From Bacteroidales bacterium (GTDB taxonomy: Bacteria > Bacteroidota > Bacteroidia > Bacteroidales > UBA10428): a stretch of 64,000 nucleotides of DNA. The translations under genes and the position numbers were made by a program. The notes beneath the pieces are model-generated. The model ran no database searches. It saw only the letters and a list, made by a program, of their open reading frames with translations, and was not told the DNA's origin. Numbering within the stretch: the stretch's first letter is position 1; each line of letters opens with the position of its first letter. Positions 28,507 to 38,391 of the stretch are shown here, in pieces. The stretch lies in contig JAFGIP010000051.1 in the NCBI GenBank assembly GCA_016929525.1, forward strand, positions 62,162 to 126,161. The letters run 5' to 3'.

Positions 28507-29580
28507 TTAGTCAATAAAAAATTCATCTATTACAAAATCAATGAACGACTGACTTTTATAATGTTTACGTCTGTATTCCTTATGATTCTCTTTTGTCATT
28601 ATACCAATCGGTCCTTCATAAATTCCTCCGCGAAGTCCCTTGTCATATACCCTGATTGCAATTACATTTGTTCCGTTTTTATTTAATACATCGACTGGTA
28701 TTTTATAAGTTCTTCTTGCATTATATTCATAACCTTTCATTTTATATTCACCATCTTTTTTCAAATCAAAGACATTTCCGATAAGTTTACCATTTAAAAA
28801 TACCATATCGAAATCGTCAATTTTACCAAGAGATAGATACAACTCTTCCTGTTTTAATTGAGCAGGTAAAACAAATTTGGTTCTATACCATGCATAACCA
28901 TCATAATTATCATATCCCTGATGTTCCCACTCGTCGGGAACTGCAATCTCATTCCATAAGTTGTCATTGAAATCTGGTGATTTCCATTGCTTATTATCTC
29001 CTGGCTTAAACTTCCACTTACCTGATAGTGACAGGTTAAGCAGTGAATAATCTTCATCTATATAAATTCCTGATGGACTGCCTACTATACCTCCTTCACC
29101 GAATGTATCATAAACTCTTATTGCTATGATGTTGGTTGAGTTATAATCCAACAAATCTTTTGGGATCAGGTATTTTCTTTTGCTGTTGTAAGCAGTTTCA
29201 AAATCAGGTGGGAAGCTTCCTGTTATCGAAATAAGTTTACCATTTAGAAAAACTTCATCTACATCATCAATTCTTCCAAAGACTAGATATAACGGAGAAT
29301 TGTTATTTACTTCATCTATTCTGAATTCTTTTCTGTACCATCCATATCCATTATAATCGGAATAACCTTGACTTTCCCATGATGCAGGCACCCTTATTTC
29401 ATCCCAATCACTATCGTCATAATTTTTTTTCGACCATTCCTGGTAGTCTCCAATTGAGAATTTCCAGTAACCGCTTAGCTGTACAATTTTCACTAAATCT
29501 TCAGCTTTAGTTAGAAAGGCATTAATTATCAGTATTATAACTGTAAGAACAAGATTAATATATCCGACTCTTCTTTTCAT
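28507..29580 (-). CDS. Paralogue 2 of the two-module galactose-binding-domain-like protein
   Basis: 357 aa. About half the positions are identical to the downstream paralogue by eye, with the same two-module layout. An 8-nt gap separates it from the next gene. Confidence 0.6.
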   Translation of the reverse strand: MKRRVGYINLVLTVIILIINAFLTKAEDLVKIVQLSGYWKFSIGDYQEWSKKNYDDSDWDEIRVPASWESQGYSDYNGYGWYRKEFRIDEVNNNSPLYLVFGRIDDVDEVFLNGKLISITGSFPPDFETAYNSKRKYLIPKDLLDYNSTNIIAIRVYDTFGEGGIVGSPSGIYIDEDYSLLNLSLSGKWKFKPGDNKQWKSPDFNDNLWNEIAVPDEWEHQGYDNYDGYAWYRTKFVLPAQLKQEELYLSLGKIDDFDMVFLNGKLIGNVFDLKKDGEYKMKGYEYNARRTYKIPVDVLNKNGTNVIAIRVYDKGLRGGIYEGPIGIMTKENHKEYRRKHYKSQSFIDFVIDEFFID

Positions 29581-29585
29581 TTGTT

Positions 29586-30014
29586 CTAAATTTCATTATA
29601 ATAATTCTTTCTGTTAATTAGCATATCTGATTTAATACGTTCATTCAGGTCAATTATCCGATTATTCCTAAACGATAGAACAATTTGATTGTTAATAACT
29701 TTACTTAGTTTTCCGGGTTTATTTATATGTTCTCCGCAGGGTCCGCCAATAAAATACCAATCACCCCGGGTAGTATCTACTTTTGATATCAGATCATTGG
29801 GATCAGGTGTTTTTGTATTATGTTTATTGTATTTACTGTTCATGTAAAATTCGGTCGTTTCAGATTTTACCAGAAATTTATTAGTCAAAAGTGTATCACA
29901 TTCTGTGATGGTTCGATTTGCACTGGCAGATAAAGAAATGATCAGCAGAAAATATACTGTCAAAAGCGCCAGTATTTTATTTGTTCTGAACTTATACCCG
30001 ATATTATTTTTCAT
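29586..30014 (-). CDS. Small secreted hypothetical protein (first gene of a three-gene operon)
   Basis: Start placed at MKNNIGYKFRTNKILALLTVYFLLIISLSASA (signal peptide). This is supported by the -7 box at 30035-30042, which lies inside the longer ORF (30092). Confidence 0.45.
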   Translation of the reverse strand: MKNNIGYKFRTNKILALLTVYFLLIISLSASANRTITECDTLLTNKFLVKSETTEFYMNSKYNKHNTKTPDPNDLISKVDTTRGDWYFIGGPCGEHINKPGKLSKVINNQIVLSFRNNRIIDLNERIKSDMLINRKNYYNEI

Positions 30015-30034
30015 TGCTTTTAAAATTATGTGTA

Positions 30035-30042
30035 CAAAAGTA
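30035..30042 (-). promoter_or_regulatory. Bacteroidota -7 promoter box for the 30014-27422 operon
   Basis: CAAAagTA on the + strand (TActTTTG on -), 20 nt upstream of the ATG at 30014. Confidence 0.45.
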
Positions 30043-30319
30043 ATGGTGGCTATTTCTCCCGCTGTCACAGCCAGGTAAAAGAATGTCATCAATTGTCACC
30101 AGGTTGTAAAGAATTTCATTTCATTTATAAAAACAACCAAATATTCTGTTATTTAAAAGAAATTTAGAAGTTAAAATGACTTTAACTTTTATAACTGAAT
30201 AAGTGAGCTTTATAATTTGTTTATAAGAGGATGAACATTATTTAGAATAACATGTAACTGAATAAGATCTTGTGGGAATAAGTTATCTAAATTCATTAAA
30301 TTTAGAACTATTCTAAATA

Positions 30320-32233
30320 ATGCCTTATATGAATAAAATGCTAAACCCTCTACATCTAAGTAAGTTATTTGCAGCAACTTTCATTTTATTAAATATCTCG
30401 AATTTTAATGCTTGGGCTGGTGATCCCGAAACAGACGGCTCAGATGTAAGATCAGTCTGGACGCTTGGGGTGGAGAATGCAGTAACAGTTTATTTTAAGA
30501 ACGATGAAGCATTTACGGCAAATGATTTTGAAGTATCGCTTGCTATATGGCGCCAAACGAGTATATCAGGATGGGAACTAGAATATTCATATTATGAATC
30601 TGGTATAACATTTCACCCAAATTCAACAGTGGAAATCACAACAGGTTTATACACACCAACAATTGCAGGGAAATATCAGCTTGCTGTATCTTCCTACTCG
30701 CCTGACGATATTGATCTTACAAATAATAACTATTATAAAGATTTTATAGTTGGAAATTATAAAAGACTTTCGTTAAAACAGGTTAGTCTTATTGAACCAT
30801 ATCAACAGGAAAACAGCACCTGGGGAGCCTTTAAAGCAAAGCTTCCTGCTAAGGAATATTTCTCTTATTTAAATGTTAAATTGAGGGAACCTGAAACAAC
30901 CAATGAACAATGGATGATTAAAAATGCGCCATCACCGCCATTTGCAATCGAACATACTTTATATTACTACTTTAATTTTGGTAAGCTTGGATATATATCG
31001 GGGGTTGATATCGAAAACATTGATATGGCCATTCGCGAAGACGAGGAACCTGTACTAGAGGATTATTCTACATATGAATACATTAATAAACGTGTATGGA
31101 ACCTTGAATATCAGGTACCTGGGAATGGAAATGGACCGAATGAGTATGTAAATGAATCGTTACCTACCGTAGTATCGAATTCGACAATTGGTGATATTCC
31201 AGTTCCCGACTGGCTATTTCCGGGTTGCGAAATTCCCAATATCGATCTCGACAGCAGCAAACATAAGGTCACTGAAGAATACGCCGGTGATTTGAATGCA
31301 TGCGGACCTGCAGCAGCAGCCAACAGCATTCAGTGGCTCGAGAATAAGCATGAAGAAATTGAGTCGGGAACCTCACATCGAGAAAAGTTGGAAGAAATTA
31401 GCAGCTTAATGGAACGCGGAGCCGAGGATGGGGTTACGACAACACAATTAATAAAAGGGAAGCTGTCATTTATTGATAAATATCAACTTCCGATACATGT
31501 GAAATACCAAAGTTTCTTTCTGACGACAGACAGTATTCCATCGCCCGACACAACATATGGGCACCAGGCCGATAATATGAGCGATTCGATTGGTAAACAG
31601 ACACCACCTACATGGGAATTTCTGAAGCAAGAGGTTGAAAAAGGTGAAGATGTTGAAATAATGTTCGGATGGTACGATCACGGAGCTACCCGTCATGGAG
31701 GACATTGGGTGACCGTAAGCGGTTTTGTACAATCGGGTGATGTCAAAGGAATATTTATCAAGGATGACGCTGAACAGGGTGATTCGGCAGGTATACAAAA
31801 TCACTATCACCAGTGGGAAACTGATGAGAACTGGTCACGACTGGCGGGTTATGACGGACCTAATAATTATTGCTGGGTGGAAAGCATTGTCTCTGAAAGT
31901 TATGACTCAACTGTAACGTTCGATACAGCCGGTTCCGAACCAGTATCTTTTGTTGAAAATGATATCAATGATATAAACCTTGTTGTATTGAATAATCCGG
32001 GTCCTGCAGGTCAGGATGCGCAAATTGGATTCACGCTTAATGGTTCTGCCCGGGTAAGCGCCAAGGTATTCGATAACAGGGGGGCATTAATCGGACAAAT
32101 GAATTTTGGTCAGATGCTTGCCATCAGACATATACAAAACCTGCCAGCAAACTGGTTTGCCAATAAGGGAGTTTATTACCTCGCACTACAGGTCGATGAT
32201 ACATTACATATGGTAAAACTTATCCGGTACTGA
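30320..32233 (+). CDS. T9SS-targeted protein with papain-fold / C39-like Cys-His peptidase-like domain
   Basis: 637 aa. Signal peptide. Candidate catalytic Cys in GDLNACGPAAAANSIQWL. Candidate His in RHGGHWVTVSGF followed by IFIKDD. C-terminal T9SS-like domain (VSAKVFDNRGALIG...GVYYLALQVDDTLHMVKLIRY). Confidence 0.6.
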   Translation: MPYMNKMLNPLHLSKLFAATFILLNISNFNAWAGDPETDGSDVRSVWTLGVENAVTVYFKNDEAFTANDFEVSLAIWRQTSISGWELEYSYYESGITFHPNSTVEITTGLYTPTIAGKYQLAVSSYSPDDIDLTNNNYYKDFIVGNYKRLSLKQVSLIEPYQQENSTWGAFKAKLPAKEYFSYLNVKLREPETTNEQWMIKNAPSPPFAIEHTLYYYFNFGKLGYISGVDIENIDMAIREDEEPVLEDYSTYEYINKRVWNLEYQVPGNGNGPNEYVNESLPTVVSNSTIGDIPVPDWLFPGCEIPNIDLDSSKHKVTEEYAGDLNACGPAAAANSIQWLENKHEEIESGTSHREKLEEISSLMERGAEDGVTTTQLIKGKLSFIDKYQLPIHVKYQSFFLTTDSIPSPDTTYGHQADNMSDSIGKQTPPTWEFLKQEVEKGEDVEIMFGWYDHGATRHGGHWVTVSGFVQSGDVKGIFIKDDAEQGDSAGIQNHYHQWETDENWSRLAGYDGPNNYCWVESIVSESYDSTVTFDTAGSEPVSFVENDINDINLVVLNNPGPAGQDAQIGFTLNGSARVSAKVFDNRGALIGQMNFGQMLAIRHIQNLPANWFANKGVYYLALQVDDTLHMVKLIRY

Positions 32234-32242
32234 TCACTGCTG

Positions 32243-32935
32243 TCAAAATATAAACTTATAACCGACACCATGCACGGTATGAATAATCTTGGGCTGGTTC
32301 GGATCGTTTTCTATTTTCTGTCTGAGCTTTAAAATAAAATTATCGACAGTTCGTGTGGTAATATCGTAATTTATATCCCAGACATTGCTCATGAGTTCAT
32401 CACGGTCGATAGTTTTATTGGCATTTTGATACAGATAATGCAGAATTTCAAATTCTTTATGAGACATTTTTACAGGCTTTTCATCGATAAAAGCTTCATA
32501 ATTTTTAAAGTTCACCGTTAACTTTCCAATTTGAATATTTATATTTTCATTGATTAGTCCGTTACCGGAGCTTTTTGTTCTTCGAAGAATTGCCTTAATA
32601 CGGGCTAGCAGTTCTCTTAGACTGAAAGGTTTAGTAATATAATCATCAGCGCCAAGTTCGAGTCCGAGTACTTTATCAATTTCTTCTCCTTTTGCCGTTA
32701 ACATAATAATAGGAGTGGTTATGCCTTCTTTACGTGCAGTTTTGCAAATATCGAATCCCGAGATATTAGGTAACATAACATCCAGCAAGATAAGATCATA
32801 TTTATTCTGTAATAGTTTCTCAAGACCTGTATTGCCTTCTTCTGCCGTATCGACAATATAACCCTCAAATTCCAGGTTATCTTTTAAGCCTCTTAACATA
32901 TTAGCTTCGTCTTCAACGATTAGTATTTTATTCAT
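32243..32935 (-). CDS. OmpR-family response regulator
   Basis: Start at MNKILIVEDE (32935). REC domain (DLILLDVMLP) plus a winged-helix Trans_reg_C (IHTVHGVGYKF). ATGAATAA overlaps the upstream kinase stop by 8 nt. Confidence 0.9.
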   Translation of the reverse strand: MNKILIVEDEANMLRGLKDNLEFEGYIVDTAEEGNTGLEKLLQNKYDLILLDVMLPNISGFDICKTARKEGITTPIIMLTAKGEEIDKVLGLELGADDYITKPFSLRELLARIKAILRRTKSSGNGLINENINIQIGKLTVNFKNYEAFIDEKPVKMSHKEFEILHYLYQNANKTIDRDELMSNVWDINYDITTRTVDNFILKLRQKIENDPNQPKIIHTVHGVGYKFIF

Positions 32936-34490
32936 GGTGTTCTGATTTATAGATAGGGAAATATAACCTGAATCTGGCACCCTTTCCTTTCTGGCTGATG
33001 AGTTCAATCTTACCATTATGTGCATCTATTATATGTTTTACAATGGCGAGCCCCAAACCAGATCCTTTTGCTTTCAATGCCAGATTTTTTTCTGTAACCC
33101 GATAAAACTTATCATATATATATTTTTGTTCTTTCTCAGAAATTCCAATACCGCTATCTTCAATTTCGAAAAAAACCTTTTCTTTGACTTTCCCTGTCTT
33201 TAATCTAATTTCTTTAATATCTCCGCTGTATTTAATAGCATTGTCAACCAGGTTCATTATTGCATCTGTTACAGCTTCCCTGTCTGCTTTAATAAGAGGC
33301 AGATCCTCAATACATTCACAACTGCATTTAAATCCTTTGTTATCAAGGCTGAATTTATAAGTCAGTAATACCTCTTCGACATTATTATTCAAATTTACTG
33401 CATCAAAATTATACGTTCTTTTACCACTTTCAATTTGTGAGAAATTCAGGATTTTATTTACGATACCCGAAAGCCGTCGAGTTTCCTGCAATATTATTGA
33501 ATAATATTCATCGATCTTTTCCTTTGCCTTAATTCTTCCCATTTCAAGCGTTTCAATATACATGCTAATAAGTGCCAGGGGTGTTCTTATTTCGTGAGAC
33601 ACATTAGAGACAAAATCCGATTTCAGCTGGGATAGTTCCATTTGCTTTCTGACATTCCTGAATATGATCCATATACCAAGAATTAGAACAAGGTCAACAA
33701 TAATAAGTGCCGTTATATCTTTTTTAAGCCTTGAACTGGCAAGGTCACTAATAGTGATATCCTTAAGCTCAATACCAAAAGAATATCTGGGTAAAATCCA
33801 GAATGGTTTGCTGTACTGAACTGATTCAGGTGAATCGTTTTTATCTGAACTATATATTATCTCTTCTGTTTCTTTATTGGTGGCGATAATATAAAATTTC
33901 CCACGTGCAATCTCCTGGATTTTAGGATCAAGAATTTGAGTAATGAATTTTTCCGGGTTTAATACAAAAACATTAATAAGGTTCTTCTCATCCTTGTTTT
34001 CCGATGCAAATACTATAAGCTCTTCCTTATAACCACTTAATCCAATGCCTACTATTTTTCTGTAACCACCTCTTAAGTATGTTTGTAAACGCCTGACAGT
34101 TGTGTCATTATTAATTAAAGTCTTACTTACTTTATTTATCAATTCTTTGTGAATAGAATCTTTAGGTGAGCCTCTCTTAAATGCATAATTACTTTCAAAC
34201 TGAAGAATGTATCTTATCGGTGAAGAGAGATCGGTAAAATTGTCAAGATTAATTTGCACATCCTTGCCATTTGATGTTATTCTTTCGAACCTGCCGGCCC
34301 AACTGTTGATAACATCATCGGAATACTGATTGACTGAAAACAAGATTGCGTCGAGCTGATTATTGTAAATCGATTCTATAACTTGTTCATTTACCTTAAG
34401 AGAACCTAATTCGTACAACGAAAAAATGATCGTTGGCAGGATCAGCACGATAAGAAAAAGGAAAGCAGTTCTTCGAAATGTTTTCAGCAT
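32928..34490 (-). CDS. Sensor histidine kinase (two TM helices, HisKA + HATPase_c)
   Basis: 520 aa. H-box FVSNVSHEIRTPLALI, N-box LVDNAIKYS, G-boxes DSGIGI and GSGLGLAIV. Confidence 0.9.
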   Translation of the reverse strand: MLKTFRRTAFLFLIVLILPTIIFSLYELGSLKVNEQVIESIYNNQLDAILFSVNQYSDDVINSWAGRFERITSNGKDVQINLDNFTDLSSPIRYILQFESNYAFKRGSPKDSIHKELINKVSKTLINNDTTVRRLQTYLRGGYRKIVGIGLSGYKEELIVFASENKDEKNLINVFVLNPEKFITQILDPKIQEIARGKFYIIATNKETEEIIYSSDKNDSPESVQYSKPFWILPRYSFGIELKDITISDLASSRLKKDITALIIVDLVLILGIWIIFRNVRKQMELSQLKSDFVSNVSHEIRTPLALISMYIETLEMGRIKAKEKIDEYYSIILQETRRLSGIVNKILNFSQIESGKRTYNFDAVNLNNNVEEVLLTYKFSLDNKGFKCSCECIEDLPLIKADREAVTDAIMNLVDNAIKYSGDIKEIRLKTGKVKEKVFFEIEDSGIGISEKEQKYIYDKFYRVTEKNLALKAKGSGLGLAIVKHIIDAHNGKIELISQKGKGARFRLYFPIYKSEHHE

Positions 34491-34645
34491 ATTTTAATTA
34501 TTCAGTGATTAAAAATAATATGTTTTATTCAAAGCAAACAATTCAGTCATATTCATTTAATCAATTAATAAGATTTCAATGACAATTTATGTAGTATAAG
34601 TATAAGTGTTTTACTACTTTCGGTTATAACTTATCATATTAACAA

Positions 34646-36007
34646 ATGGATATTGTTAAGACATATATAGAAAAAAATAAGAACCGATTTATAGGAGAGC
34701 TTTTTGAAATGCTCAGAGTTCCTTCAGTGAGCGCTCTAAAGGAAAGTGAACCGAAAATGGAGCAGATGGCACGACTCGTGTGTCAGCATTTATTAAAAGC
34801 AGGAGCTGATATGGCGGAGGTTATGACAACTTCTGGCTGGCCGGTTGTTTTTGGTGAGAAAATTATTAATAGAAACCTGCCGACTATTATGGTATATGGG
34901 CATTATGATGTTCAGCCGCCCGATCCGCTTGATCTTTGGAAGACACCTCCTTTTGAACCGGAAATAAAGGATGATAAGATTTATGCGCGCGGAGCTGACG
35001 ATGATAAAGGGCAACTTTTTATGCAGATTAAGGCTTTTGAGTACATGGTTGCAGAAAACAAACTTCCCTGTAATGTTAAATTTCTTATCGAAGGCGAAGA
35101 AGAAATAGGATCACCTGCGCTAAAAGAATTTTGTAAAGAAAATAAGAGCATTCTTTCTACAGATGTAATTCTGGTTTCTGATACGAATATACATTCCCTG
35201 AAGAAACCGGTTATTACAACAGGTCTGAGAGGAATTGCATATTTTGAGATTTCGGTGACAGGTCCGGATCGGGATTTACATTCGGGACTATACGGAGGAG
35301 CGGTTGCTAATCCGGTTAATGTTCTGTCGGGAGTTATTGCGGGAATGAAAGATCCCGAAGGCAAAATTAAAATACCGGGATTTTATGATGATGTTCTTGA
35401 AGTTGATTTGAATGAGAGGAAATTGCTAAATGAGATCAATTTAAATGAAAAAGAATTTGCTGCTTCAATAAATGTTGAAGAATTGTCTGGTGAAAAAGGA
35501 TATACGACAGTTGAAAGAATAGGAATACGACCTACATTGGATATTAATGGTATATGGGGAGGTTATACCGGAGAAGGAGCCAAAACCATTCTACCTTCGA
35601 TTGCTTCGGTTAAAGTATCAACACGGCTTGTACCTAATCAAAGGCCCGAAAAAGTTAAGGAACAACTTATAAGATATCTTAAAGAAGCAACTCCAAAATC
35701 TGTAAGAATTGAGCTAAAGACTATACAAGATGGTAACGCATATGTTTGTCCCTGGGACTCCAAAGAGGTTCAGTCAGCAGCTAAAGCCTTAGAAAAAACA
35801 TTAGGTGTTAAACCAATACCAAATCGAGGAGGAGGAAGCATACCCGTGATTACCGTACTTGAAGAGGTGCTAAGTGCAAAATCAGTATTATTGGGTTTTG
35901 GTCTTGAGTCGGATGCAATACATTCACCTAATGAGAATTATCCTCTTAAGAATTTATATAAAGGGATAGAAACATTACCATGGTTTTATCATTTCTATTG
36001 TAAATAA
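34646..36007 (+). CDS. M20 family dipeptidase
   Basis: 453 aa. GHYDVQP, ARGADDDKG and EGEEEIGS metal-ligand motifs. Confidence 0.88.
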   Translation: MDIVKTYIEKNKNRFIGELFEMLRVPSVSALKESEPKMEQMARLVCQHLLKAGADMAEVMTTSGWPVVFGEKIINRNLPTIMVYGHYDVQPPDPLDLWKTPPFEPEIKDDKIYARGADDDKGQLFMQIKAFEYMVAENKLPCNVKFLIEGEEEIGSPALKEFCKENKSILSTDVILVSDTNIHSLKKPVITTGLRGIAYFEISVTGPDRDLHSGLYGGAVANPVNVLSGVIAGMKDPEGKIKIPGFYDDVLEVDLNERKLLNEINLNEKEFAASINVEELSGEKGYTTVERIGIRPTLDINGIWGGYTGEGAKTILPSIASVKVSTRLVPNQRPEKVKEQLIRYLKEATPKSVRIELKTIQDGNAYVCPWDSKEVQSAAKALEKTLGVKPIPNRGGGSIPVITVLEEVLSAKSVLLGFGLESDAIHSPNENYPLKNLYKGIETLPWFYHFYCK

Positions 36008-36103
36008 ATTCATACCCCTGTAAATAAAAAGGTGCTTTCCTGAAATTGTACATTTTTTTACTTGATAAAGTAAATATCTATAAGCAAGTAGGTGCAGAAT
36101 AGA

Positions 36104-36111
36104 TATATTTG
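36104..36111 (+). promoter_or_regulatory. Bacteroidota -7 promoter box for glnN
   Basis: TAtaTTTG lies 33 nt upstream of the ATG at 36144. Confidence 0.5.
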
Positions 36112-36143
36112 TACAATTTACTTATAATTTAACATTTTAATTT

Positions 36144-38333
36144 ATGGCGATTATTCGATTTCAGGCAGTACACGATGCTAATTCACGTAAACCGAATGAA
36201 ATATCCGGCAAGCAAAATAAGACCTCTGATTATTTTGCAGTAAATGTTTTCGATAAGAGCAAAATGCAAAAGTTCCTTTCCCAGGACGCTTATAGCGGAG
36301 TAATGGAATGTATTGAGAAAGGAATTAAAATTGACAGAAATCTTGCTGATAAAGTTGCTGTAGGAATGAAGTCCTGGGCGCTTGACATGGGGGCTACGCA
36401 TTTCTCACATTGGTTTCATCCATTAACAGACGGAACAGCAGAAAAACATGATGCATTTATTGAGTATAATGAATTTGGCGGAGTGGTAGAAAACTTTTCA
36501 GGGAAGCACCTTGCCCAACAGGAACCTGATGCCAGCAGTTTCCCGAGCGGTGGGATAAGAAATACATTTGAAGCAAGAGGTTATACAGCTTGGGATCCAT
36601 CATCACCTGCATTTATTGTCAGAAATACTTTAAGTATTCCAACAATATTTGTTTCATATACCGGGGAAGCTCTTGATCATAAAACACCATTACTTAAAGC
36701 ACTTCATGCAATCGATAAAGCGGCTGTTGAAGTATGTGAATATTTCGATAAGAATGTATCTAAAGTATTTTCAACTCTTGGTGCCGAGCAGGAATACTTT
36801 CTGGTTGATGAAAGTCTGTATTTTGCACGCCCCGACCTTGTTATGACCGAGAGAACTCTGGTAGGTCATGCTTCTGAAAAAGATCAGCAACTGGATGACC
36901 ATTATTTCTCATCGATACCGGAAAGAGTAGGGGCATTTATGCGTGAATTTGAGACAGAAGCGTACAGGCTGGGAATTCCTCTTCGCACAAGACACAATGA
37001 AGTAGCTCCAAATCAATATGAGGTTGCCCCTATTTATGAGGAATGTAACCTTGCTGTCGATCACAATATTCTTCTTATGGATATCATGAAGAAGATTGCC
37101 AGAAGACATCATTTTATTGTGTTATTTCATGAAAAACCTTTTAAAGGAATTAACGGATCGGGAAAACACAATAACTGGTCGCTGATGACCAATACAGGTG
37201 TTAATCTTTTATCCCCGGGAAATAAACCAAAGTCAAACATGCAATTTCTCAGCTTTCTGGTATGTACATTAAAAGCTGTATATACACACCAGGATCTGCT
37301 AAGGGCAAGCATTGTATCGGCAGGAAACGCTATGCGAATGGGTTCGAATGAAGCTCCACCTTTGATAATGTCGATATTTGTTGGTAACAAAATATCACAA
37401 ATGCTCGATGAACTTGAGGTGAGGGTAACAAATAAAAAGATGACCCCCGACGAGAAAACAGAATTAAAACTTGACGTAGGAAAAATTCCTGAAATTCTTC
37501 TTGATAATACTGACAGGAACCGTACTTCGCCTTTTGCGTTTACGGGTAACCGATTTGAATTCAGGGCAGTTGGTTCTTCCGCCAACTGTGCCTCACCCAT
37601 GACGGTATTGAATACAGCAATTGCTCAACAACTCATCCAATTTAAAAAAGATGTTGATGACCTGATTGAAAAGAATGTTAAAAAGGATGAAGCTATTTTT
37701 CAGGTCATTCGAAAATATATTATTGATTCGAAAAAAGTGAGGTTTGAGGGTAATAGTTATAGCGAAGAATGGCAGAAGGAAGCAAAGAAAAAAGGTCTTA
37801 CTAATGTAACGAATGTTATTGAAGCACTTGATGCATATCTTTCTGCCAAATCAAAAAGACTTTTTAAATCGCTGAAAATACTTAATGAGAAAGAACTGGA
37901 AGGAAGAACCGGTGTACGATACGATAACTATACAAAGAAAATTCAGATTGAATCAAGAGTTATCGGTGATATAGCAATAAGCCAGATTGTGCCAACGGCA
38001 TTAGATTATCAGACAAAACTAATTAAAAATGTAAAAGGTTTAAAAGAGTTATATAGCCAGAATGAATTTAAAGTTTTGGTTGGAGGACGACTGGAACTTA
38101 TAAAGACAGTATCAGGGCATATCACGGCTATTAAATCGAAAGTGCACGATATGACTGAAGCACGAAAAGTTGCAAATAAAATTGAAGATGCACGGGGAAA
38201 AGCGGTCCAGTATTCTGAAACTGTTCTGCAATATCTTGAAGATATCCGAAGTCATATAGATAAACTTGAACAAATAGTTGATAATGAAATGTGGCCCTTA
38301 CCTAAATACAGGGAGCTGCTTTTTAGCAGATGA
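36144..38333 (+). CDS. glnN: Glutamine synthetase type III
   Basis: 729 aa, the size and layout of GSIII. HWFHPLT, EQEYFL, HNEVAPNQYE, NGSGKHNNWS and NRTSPFAFTGNRFEFRAVGSS motifs. Confidence 0.93.
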   Translation: MAIIRFQAVHDANSRKPNEISGKQNKTSDYFAVNVFDKSKMQKFLSQDAYSGVMECIEKGIKIDRNLADKVAVGMKSWALDMGATHFSHWFHPLTDGTAEKHDAFIEYNEFGGVVENFSGKHLAQQEPDASSFPSGGIRNTFEARGYTAWDPSSPAFIVRNTLSIPTIFVSYTGEALDHKTPLLKALHAIDKAAVEVCEYFDKNVSKVFSTLGAEQEYFLVDESLYFARPDLVMTERTLVGHASEKDQQLDDHYFSSIPERVGAFMREFETEAYRLGIPLRTRHNEVAPNQYEVAPIYEECNLAVDHNILLMDIMKKIARRHHFIVLFHEKPFKGINGSGKHNNWSLMTNTGVNLLSPGNKPKSNMQFLSFLVCTLKAVYTHQDLLRASIVSAGNAMRMGSNEAPPLIMSIFVGNKISQMLDELEVRVTNKKMTPDEKTELKLDVGKIPEILLDNTDRNRTSPFAFTGNRFEFRAVGSSANCASPMTVLNTAIAQQLIQFKKDVDDLIEKNVKKDEAIFQVIRKYIIDSKKVRFEGNSYSEEWQKEAKKKGLTNVTNVIEALDAYLSAKSKRLFKSLKILNEKELEGRTGVRYDNYTKKIQIESRVIGDIAISQIVPTALDYQTKLIKNVKGLKELYSQNEFKVLVGGRLELIKTVSGHITAIKSKVHDMTEARKVANKIEDARGKAVQYSETVLQYLEDIRSHIDKLEQIVDNEMWPLPKYRELLFSR

Positions 38334-38341
38334 TTAAAAAT

Positions 38342-38373
38342 AAAAAAAGCTGCAACATTTGATGCAGCTTTTT
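38342..38373. terminator. Bidirectional rho-independent terminator shared by the two glutamine synthetase genes
   Basis: aaaagctgca (38345-38354) pairs with tgcagctttt (38363-38372) around an 8-nt loop. An A-run lies 5' and a T-run 3'. Confidence 0.8.
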
Positions 38374-38391
38374 ATACAGACATATTTAAAT

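Noticed and set aside
36040-36065. TGTA-N8-TACt (NtcA/CRP-like half-site spacing) upstream of glnN, and TACA-N2-TGTA upstream of the GSII gene
   Set aside because: The match is only 7 of 8 positions. It lies about 50 nt upstream of the -7 box rather than at an activator position. The words are short and AT-rich, so they are expected by chance here, and no NtcA is known in this phylum.
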